From Clostridia bacterium (GTDB lineage Bacteria > Bacillota > Clostridia > Oscillospirales > CAG-272), in contig JAFSSQ010000080.1 in the NCBI GenBank assembly GCA_017450965.1, positions 19,330 through 83,329 of the forward strand: DNA of 64,000 bases, read 5' to 3'. A program made the translations under genes and the position numbers. Within the stretch, counting starts at the first letter, position 1, and every line of letters starts with the position of its first letter. Positions 30,223 to 35,408 of this stretch are shown one piece after another. The notes under the pieces are model-generated. The model was not told where the DNA came from and ran no database searches. It saw nothing but the letters and a program-made list of their open reading frames with translations.

Positions 30223-30530
30223 GATCGAGCAAAGCTCCAAGGTCATACAGTCCGGGGAAGCAGCGGATCCCTGTACCCGAAATCCGCTACAGCGGGGGAT
30301 ATGCCTTTTTTGAGGGAGCGGTCTGTGCGGTCTGCGCAGTACGGCGGAGCGTTGAAGGACGGGTCCCGCGCAATCCGCGTCTGTGAACCATGTCAGGCGG
30401 GGAACCGAGCAGCATTAAGCAGTTTTGCGGATGTGCCGCGGGGACGCCTGCCCGGAGCCGAGCGGTACTGTTTCCGCGTGTGGATCGGTTTCGACAAAAA
30501 GGCGTATGGCCTTGAACCTTTGCTTGATCG
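30223..30530 (+). ncRNA. ffs: Signal recognition particle RNA, long (Alu-domain-containing) Firmicutes type
   Basis: Domain IV signature UCAGG-CGG-GGAA-CCG-AGCAGC with the GGAA tetraloop at 30401-30404. Alu-like segment ccctgtacccgaaatccgctacagcgg. The 5' end gatcgagcaaag.ctccaaggtcatac pairs with the 3' end gtatggccttgaa..ctttgcttgatc. It lies directly upstream of dnaX as in Bacillus/Clostridium. Ends are approximate. Confidence 0.85.
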
Positions 30531-30541
30531 AAGAAAGGGTG

Positions 30542-32104
30542 ATGTGCTTGTATAAGGCTCTCTACCGCAAATGGAGACCGTCCCGCTTTTCCGAGGTATT
30601 CGGGCAGGACGACGTAACCTCTATTCTGCGTTATCAGGTCGCAAATAACCGGCACAGTCACGCCTATCTCTTCTGCGGGAGCCGCGGCACCGGCAAAACG
30701 AGCTGCGCAAAGATCCTCGCCAAAGCGCTCAACTGCCTCGCGCCAGAGGACGGCGAGCCGTGCGGAAAGTGCGAGGCGTGCCGCTCGATCGACGAGGGCA
30801 GGAGCCTTGACGTGATCGAGATGGATGCCGCCTCCAACAACGGCGTCAACGATATCCGCGATATCCGCGACGAGGTGGTCTATACCCCCTCCGCGCTCAA
30901 ATACCGGGTCTATATCGTGGACGAGGTCCACATGCTCAGCAACGAGGCGTTCAACGCCCTCTTAAAGACCCTGGAGGAGCCGCCGGAATACGTCGTCTTT
31001 ATCCTTGCGACGACGGAGATGAATCAGATCCCCGCCACGATCGTTTCCCGCTGTCAGCGTTTTGATTTCCACCGGATCCCCGCGAAGCTGCTCGCTGAGC
31101 AGCTTCAGCGCATCGCTAAGGCGGAAAACGCCGTACTCACCGATGACGGAGCCGTCGTCCTCGCCCGCCTTGCAAACGGCGGCGCGCGGGACGCGATCAG
31201 CCTGCTTGAGATCTGCCTCGGCAAACGCAAGGAGATAGACGAAAAACTGGTCGCCGAAACGCTCGGTCTTTGCGGAAGCGAAACGGTCGCCCGCCTTGTA
31301 ACGGCGGTGCGGGACCGGGATATTCCCACGATTTTCGATCTGATGACCGAGGCGGAGGCTTCCTCCAAAGACATCGTCGTTTTCTGGCAGGATATCATCG
31401 CGTGGTATCGGGATATGCTCGTTTATAAAACGGTGCGCGATCCCGCCCGCTATCTGACCGTTACCAATTCCGAGCTTGAGCTGCTCTCCTCCTGTGCGGA
31501 GCCGTTTGATCTCTCGGCGATCCTTTATCACGCCAAGCTCCTTGACTCCGCGCTCCTTCTGATGCAGAAGGGCGCCGGCAGCAAACGCAATATCGCGGAG
31601 CTGACGCTTGTCCGGATGAGCGAGCCTTCGCTCTCCGACGAGAGCGAGGCGCTTGCCGCGCGCGTCGCGGAGCTGGAAAACAAGATCCTCCGTCTCTCGG
31701 CTGCCGCGCCGGTCCCGGAGACGAAAGCCCCGGAAACCGCCCGGGAGAAAAAGCCCGTACCGCCTGCCCCGAAGGAGGCGGCACCGTCCCCCGCGCGGGA
31801 GACGGCGCCTCCCCCCGCAAAGCCTCTCTCCGCTCTCTGGTGGAACGAGGCAAAGGAGAAGATCGGCTCGATGGCGCTTTCCGTGAAATCCTATATCGGC
31901 GACAGCGCGGTCAGGGAAACGGACGCCGGCGTTGAGATCCTCGTCAAGTCGAGGATCGCCAAGATCATGCTGGAGCGCGAGGATACCTTTTCTATGGTTT
32001 GCGACGTGATCCGGGTGTGTTCCGGTACGGACAAGCCCGTTTCGGTCACGGTGGAAACGGCAAAAACCGAACCCGTCAGGGATGACGGAACCTTTTCGTT
32101 GTGA
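30542..32104 (+). CDS. dnaX: DNA polymerase III subunit gamma/tau
   Basis: In-frame ATG at 30542 of ORF 30425..32104 gives MCLYKALYRKWRPSRFSEVFGQDDV... Also contains GSRGTGKTSCAKILA, the Zn module CGKCEACRSI and VYIVDEVHMLS. Confidence 0.93.
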   Translation: MCLYKALYRKWRPSRFSEVFGQDDVTSILRYQVANNRHSHAYLFCGSRGTGKTSCAKILAKALNCLAPEDGEPCGKCEACRSIDEGRSLDVIEMDAASNNGVNDIRDIRDEVVYTPSALKYRVYIVDEVHMLSNEAFNALLKTLEEPPEYVVFILATTEMNQIPATIVSRCQRFDFHRIPAKLLAEQLQRIAKAENAVLTDDGAVVLARLANGGARDAISLLEICLGKRKEIDEKLVAETLGLCGSETVARLVTAVRDRDIPTIFDLMTEAEASSKDIVVFWQDIIAWYRDMLVYKTVRDPARYLTVTNSELELLSSCAEPFDLSAILYHAKLLDSALLLMQKGAGSKRNIAELTLVRMSEPSLSDESEALAARVAELENKILRLSAAAPVPETKAPETAREKKPVPPAPKEAAPSPARETAPPPAKPLSALWWNEAKEKIGSMALSVKSYIGDSAVRETDAGVEILVKSRIAKIMLEREDTFSMVCDVIRVCSGTDKPVSVTVETAKTEPVRDDGTFSL

Positions 32105-32112
32105 GGGTAAAG

Positions 32113-32460
32113 ATGAAAGTAAGACTTCCGAAGGGTATGGGGGGCGGCCCCTCCGATATGAACGGAATGCTCCGCCAGGCGCAGAAGATGCAGGAGGAGC
32201 TCCAGCAAAAGCAGGCGGAACTTGAGGAAAAAGAGTATACCGTTTCCGCCGGCGGCGGTATGGTCTCCGTCCGCATCAACGGGCGCCGGGAGATCCTCGG
32301 CATCCGGATCGATCCGGAGATCGTGGATCCCGACGACATCGAAACGCTTTCCGATATTCTTGTCGCCGGCGTCAACGAGGCGATCAAAAAGGTCGACTCC
32401 GTTTCCTCCGAGGAGATGGAAAAGCTGACGGGCGGGCTCGGCATCCCCGGTTTGATGTAA
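32113..32460 (+). CDS. ybaB: YbaB/EbfC family nucleoid-associated protein
   Basis: ...MNGMLRQAQKMQEELQQKQAELEEKEYTVSAGGGMVSVRINGRREILGIRIDPEIVDPDD... I prefer the ATG at 32113 over the GTG at 32101. Conserved dnaX-ybaB-recR order. Confidence 0.9.
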   Translation: MKVRLPKGMGGGPSDMNGMLRQAQKMQEELQQKQAELEEKEYTVSAGGGMVSVRINGRREILGIRIDPEIVDPDDIETLSDILVAGVNEAIKKVDSVSSEEMEKLTGGLGIPGLM

Positions 32461-32480
32461 AAAACAGGACGGGCAGGGAC

Positions 32481-33074
32481 ATGAGCGAATTGATCCTTCC
32501 TTTGGAAAAACTGGTCGAGCAGTTCCGCCGCTTGCCGGGGATCGGCAAAAAAACGGCGGTCCGCCTTGCGCTCGCCTGTCTCGAGGGCGATCTGGCCGAG
32601 CGGTTTTCCGCCGCTCTGCTCGACGCGAAACGCGAGATTTCCGAGTGCCGGATCTGCGGCAATATGTGCGTCGGCGAGATCTGCTCCGTCTGTGCAAACG
32701 AAAACCGCGATCACGCCGTGATCTGCGTGGTCGAGGACGTCCGCTCGGTCATGGCGATCGAAAAAGCGGGCGCCTATACCGGCACCTATCACGTTCTCGG
32801 CGGCCTCCTTTCCCCGATGCGGGGCGTCAACGCCGAGGACCTTCATATCGAGTCTTTGCTTTCCCGGATCCGGGAGGGCGGCGTCTCCGAAGTCCTCGTC
32901 GCGACCAACGCGACGGTGGAGGGAGAAGCGACGGCGATGTACCTCGCCAAAAAGCTCTCCGGCACCGGCGTGCGCGTCTCCCGTCTCGCCTACGGGATCC
33001 CCGTGGGCGCGGACCTCGAATACGCGGACGAGACGACCCTCCGCCGCGCGATCGAGGGACGGCAAAGCTTATAA
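32481..33074 (+). CDS. recR: Recombination protein RecR
   Basis: 197 aa with the HhH motif LPGIGKKTAVRLA, the zinc finger CRICGNMCVGEICSVC and a Toprim domain. Confidence 0.95.
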   Translation: MSELILPLEKLVEQFRRLPGIGKKTAVRLALACLEGDLAERFSAALLDAKREISECRICGNMCVGEICSVCANENRDHAVICVVEDVRSVMAIEKAGAYTGTYHVLGGLLSPMRGVNAEDLHIESLLSRIREGGVSEVLVATNATVEGEATAMYLAKKLSGTGVRVSRLAYGIPVGADLEYADETTLRRAIEGRQSL

Positions 33075-33076
33075 AA

Positions 33077-33152
33077 TGGGATGTAGCCAAGCGGTAAGGC
33101 ACCAGACTATGACTCTGGCATTTCGTCGGTCCGAATCCGGCCATCCCAGCCA
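33077..33152 (+). tRNA. Non-canonical tRNA: tRNA-Gln-type scaffold with anticodon AUG (possibly a pseudo-tRNA)
   Basis: The hand-folded cloverleaf has these parts:
- Acceptor TGGGATG/CATCCCA (U1-A72), G73 and an encoded CCA.
- D arm GCCAAGCGGTAAGGC.
- Anticodon stem CCAGA/TCTGG with loop CTATGAC (A34 U35 G36).
- A 6-nt variable loop.
- T stem GTCGG/CCGGC with loop TCCGAAT (C at position 55). Confidence 0.6.
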
Positions 33153-33188
33153 GCAAAAATAGCATCGCAACAGCGATGCTATTTTTGC
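33153..33188. terminator. Bidirectional intrinsic terminator T0
   Basis: gcaaaaatagcatcgc-aaca-gcgatgctatttttgc: a 16-bp stem whose arms contain an A-run and a T-run, immediately after the tRNA. Confidence 0.8.
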
Positions 33189-33473
33189 AATGATGTTTGC
33201 CCTGTCGGGCAAATGATGTGTGCTTCGCACATGATGCTGCCTTCGGCAATGATGCGTCCTGCGGGACATGAGGGCAAACATCTCATCATTGCGAGCGAAT
33301 GCGAACAACATCATTTCGGCGAAGCCGATACATCATTAGGCGCTTTGCGCCGACATCATTATGGGCTATTTTGTTGGTGTATAAGCCATCATTCTCGATC
33401 ATATTGAATCTTCATCAGAAATATCAAATTTACCCCGTTTTCATTCTTGGGCTATTTCGTCTGTTAATCACAG
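33189..33473. repeat. Module A of the heptad + variable mini-hairpin array (AATGATG / CATCATT)
   Basis: Forward heptads are at 33189, 33212, 33230 (CATGATG) and 33248, plus a degenerate ATGAG at 33268. Each is followed by a different short perfect hairpin.

Reverse heptads CATCATT are at 33284, 33309, 33331, 33354 and 33387, each preceded by a hairpin.

The module ends in a conserved box gggctatttcgtctgttaatcacag (33449-33473). Details are in the findings. Confidence 0.85.
33398..33427 (-). promoter_or_regulatory. Candidate sigma-A promoter reading leftwards into module A
   Basis: On the minus strand: TTGATA (33427-33422), 18 nt spacer, TATGAT (33403-33398). The predicted start at about 33391 lies at the first heptad (33393-33387). 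Confidence 0.4.
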
Positions 33474-33502
33474 AAAAAAGCACGCGAAAGCGTGCTTTTT
33501 TC
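33474..33502. terminator. Bidirectional intrinsic terminator T1
   Basis: aaaaaagcacgc-gaaa-gcgtgctttttt. Confidence 0.8.
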
Positions 33503-33714
33503 AACGAAATTTGCTCTTCGGGCAAGTGAAATACGCCTGCGGCGTGTGAAATGTGCATACGCACGTGAAATGTTCGCTAAAGCGAACGTGGGCAAATTTC
33601 ATTTCACATTCGGCGATAAGCCGAATACTTCACACCGAGCGTTAGCGAGATACTTCACATTTTGCCGACAGGCAAAACACTTCACTTTTTGGCTACTCTG
33701 TCTGTTATTCACAG
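33503..33714. repeat. Module B of the heptad + variable mini-hairpin array (GTGAAAT / AYTTCAC)
   Basis: Forward GTGAAAT is at 33526, 33546 and 33565, with an interrupted copy at 33588 and a partial CGAAAT at 33505. Each is followed by a hairpin.

Reverse copies are ATTTCAC at 33601 and ACTTCAC at 33627, 33652 and 33679, each preceded by a hairpin.

The module ends in the conserved box ggctactctgtctgttattcacag (33691-33714). Confidence 0.85.
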
Positions 33715-33746
33715 AAAAAAGCACTTGCAACCGCAAGTGCTTTTTT
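33715..33746. terminator. Bidirectional intrinsic terminator T2
   Basis: aaaaaagcacttgc-aacc-gcaagtgctttttt. Confidence 0.8.
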
Positions 33747-33747
33747 C

Positions 33748-33778
33748 AATGATGTTTGCCCTGTCTGGCAAATCATAA
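33748..33778. repeat. Truncated third copy of the module start (direct repeat of 33188-33218)
   Basis: caatgatgtttgccctgtcTggcaaatCat here versus caatgatgtttgccctgtcGggcaaatGat at 33188-33217. Confidence 0.8.
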
Positions 33779-33794
33779 AGAGCTTTTGGAATCG

Positions 33795-35048
33795 TCAGCG
33801 GATCGTAACGTAGGGGACGAACGAGGCGGGGAAGATATTGATCATCACCTTGCCCGGATTGATCTCCAGCTTTTTCCCGCTCGCTTTTTCCGAGATCGTC
33901 ATCAGACTTTCGGGATCGGGGCGGGACCAGGTGATCTCGATCCCCTGTCCGCCGCAGAAGTACCAGCCGCTCCCCGTGCCGACGTAGTCGACGTTGAGGC
34001 GATTCTTCGGGTCCCCCGCGTAGATTTCCGAGTCGACGTAGAGGACGATCACATTGGAGAAGGAGAGCTGCTCTCCGGTCATCTGGTCAACGTGGGGCTC
34101 GAGATACCGGGACCGAAGGTAAAGACCGCTCTTTTCGTCGTAGCGGTAGACGGACGCGTAGGACTCGGAGCCCGGCGCGTACGGGAGCGCGATGTAAGAG
34201 GCGGGGGCGCCGCTGATCGCGCGGCTCTCGCCCTCGCAAAGCGGGGTGAACGGGTAGGAAAACGGCTCGGTGAATTCGGTCGGGAACTTGTAATAGCGGA
34301 TCGCGTCGGTCAGGACGGACGCGTTGAGCATCAGCGTATGTTCGTAGCTTTTCGTTTTGAGGCGTTCCTCGTCCCGGAACATCGGCGTGGGGAAGTATTT
34401 GGTCACGGCGTCCAGATCGTCGATCCCGTCGGTCCAGAGATCCTGCCGCTCCTCCGGTACGCTGATGATGTCCTTTTTGATCAGATAGGAGACGGCAAAG
34501 CCGTGCTCGATCGCCGCGGGAGCCAGACGGCGGCAGTTTTCGTCGTAATCGGCGCCGGCGTGGACGAAGATCGCACCGAAGTCCTGCGAATAGCGGACCA
34601 TATAGTCCCGCGCGGAACGGATGTTCCCGAACGTGGGAAGAGATTCGTAGTCGAGGACGACGGCGAGGAGACGCGTTTCAAAACCCTCAAAAGGCAGCTC
34701 GACGAGGCAGTCGGAAAGGGAGATGCCGACGGAGGGCTGCGCCCCGAGGACGTTATCGACCGAGATGGCGACAGGGCGGCGCAGGGTCAGATCCGTTTCC
34801 GTTTTTTCGCCCGTGATCGGGTTGAAATAGCCGACGGGGATCTCTGCCGGCTCGGTTTCCGCCGCCGTCTCGGAAACGGCTGCGGTGTCGGTAACGGAGG
34901 GAAGCTCCGTTATCTCGGCGGAGGTTTCCGGGTTTGCCGCGGTGGTGTCAGCCGGTTTTCCGACGGCGCATCCGGCCAAAGCGGGGAGAAGAAGCGCGAG
35001 CGCAAAAAGAAGGGAGAGGCGGGAAAGAGTACGTGCGGAACCGGTCAT
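33795..35048 (-). CDS. DUF3048-domain lipoprotein (YerB-like)
   Basis: In-frame ATG at 35048 of ORF 33795..35279. Lipoprotein signal MTGSARTLSRLSLLFALALLLPALAGC. Body ...RRPVAISVDNVLGAQPSVGISLSDCLVELPFEG... is typical of DUF3048. Confidence 0.8.
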   Translation of the reverse strand: MTGSARTLSRLSLLFALALLLPALAGCAVGKPADTTAANPETSAEITELPSVTDTAAVSETAAETEPAEIPVGYFNPITGEKTETDLTLRRPVAISVDNVLGAQPSVGISLSDCLVELPFEGFETRLLAVVLDYESLPTFGNIRSARDYMVRYSQDFGAIFVHAGADYDENCRRLAPAAIEHGFAVSYLIKKDIISVPEERQDLWTDGIDDLDAVTKYFPTPMFRDEERLKTKSYEHTLMLNASVLTDAIRYYKFPTEFTEPFSYPFTPLCEGESRAISGAPASYIALPYAPGSESYASVYRYDEKSGLYLRSRYLEPHVDQMTGEQLSFSNVIVLYVDSEIYAGDPKNRLNVDYVGTGSGWYFCGGQGIEITWSRPDPESLMTISEKASGKKLEINPGKVMINIFPASFVPYVTIR

Positions 35049-35350
35049 TTTTTGCTCCCGTCCGCGTTGGCTCTCTGCAGCCAGGAACAACCGATGTCGA
35101 AGGCGTCGAAGAGCGTCTCCTTGTCGCCCTGCTTCAGGATGCGTTTGTGGAAGGGAAGCGAGGTGTCGGTCGAGATGATCTGGATCAGCGTTTTTCCGGG
35201 GACTTTGTGTCCTTCGTACTCGTTTTCGCCGAGGACGAGGAGGTAAAGGATCGCGTTGTCCGTCATATTGCCGTAGCAAATGTTGTTGCCTTCCCGGACG
35301 AGCGCTTTTCCCTTATATTCAAGAAAGTTGATTTTGTTTTCTTCAGCCAT
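35045..35350 (-). CDS. Hypothetical small protein
   Basis: 101 aa (MAEENKINFLEYKGKALVREGNNICYGNMTD...) with an AAGGAG RBS and an ATGA overlap with the DUF3048 gene. Unknown family. Confidence 0.6.
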   Translation of the reverse strand: MAEENKINFLEYKGKALVREGNNICYGNMTDNAILYLLVLGENEYEGHKVPGKTLIQIISTDTSLPFHKRILKQGDKETLFDAFDIGCSWLQRANADGSKK

Positions 35351-35379
35351 AACAGAACTCCTTTGCTTTTTTCCTATCT

Positions 35380-35408
35380 ATCATACTCCGTTTTTGCCGT
35401 TTTGTCAA
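35380..35408 (-). promoter_or_regulatory. Sigma-A-type promoter candidate for the small protein-DUF3048 operon
   Basis: Minus strand: TTGACA (35408-35403), 17 nt spacer, TATGAT (35385-35380). The -35 element overlaps the tmcAL stop codon. Confidence 0.65.

Noticed and set aside
30287-30931. ORFs overlapping the SRP RNA: 30287..30931 on the minus strand, 30301..30555 on the plus strand, and the 5' extension of dnaX from 30425
   Set aside because: The region folds as SRP RNA with the conserved domain IV motif. The dnaX N-terminus (MCLYKALYRKWRP) begins at 30542 with its own RBS.
33077-33152. Calling the tRNA simply tRNA-His because anticodon AUG reads CAU
   Set aside because: It lacks the tRNA-His identity set (the extra G-1 paired to C73). 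Instead it carries the tRNA-Gln acceptor/D-arm pattern, so the isotype is left open.
33189-33254. Box C/D (RUGAUGA ... CUGA) k-turn RNA idea prompted by the UGAUG motif
   Set aside because: No matching D boxes (CUGA) occur at the required positions. The partner motif is a perfect Watson-Crick complement rather than a sheared G-A partner, and box C/D sRNAs are archaeal/eukaryotic.
33189-33690. CRISPR array
   Set aside because: The constant element is only 7 nt, and the variable elements are 11-29 nt and themselves palindromic. The orientation of the constant element flips mid-array, and no cas genes are present. This is the opposite of repeat/spacer organisation.
33189-33690. Known mobile or repeat classes: REP/BIME with RAYT, IS200/IS605 ends, integron attC sites, and type III toxin-antitoxin (ToxI-like) repeats
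   Set aside because: - REPs and IS ends have conserved palindromes, but here the palindromes are all different.
- attC sites are separated by cassette ORFs and are much longer.
- ToxI repeats are identical direct repeats next to a toxin gene.
- No transposase, integrase, reverse transcriptase or toxin gene is nearby.
33069-33752. ORFs inside the hairpin-array region: 33213..33407 (MMCASHMMLPSAMM...), 33069..33314 on the minus strand, 33299..33529 and 33492..33752
   Set aside because: They run through three intrinsic terminators and a tRNA and have no RBS. Their odd periodic MM/HH pattern is just the translated heptad (ATGATG/CATCAT). I regard the region as non-coding. Very short peptides cannot be formally excluded.
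33756-35246. 496-aa plus-strand ORF overlapping the DUF3048 lipoprotein gene
   Set aside because: It is antisense to a gene with a clean lipoprotein signal, an RBS and the DUF3048 signature. Its own product is Arg/Gly/Asp-rich with no recognisable domain.
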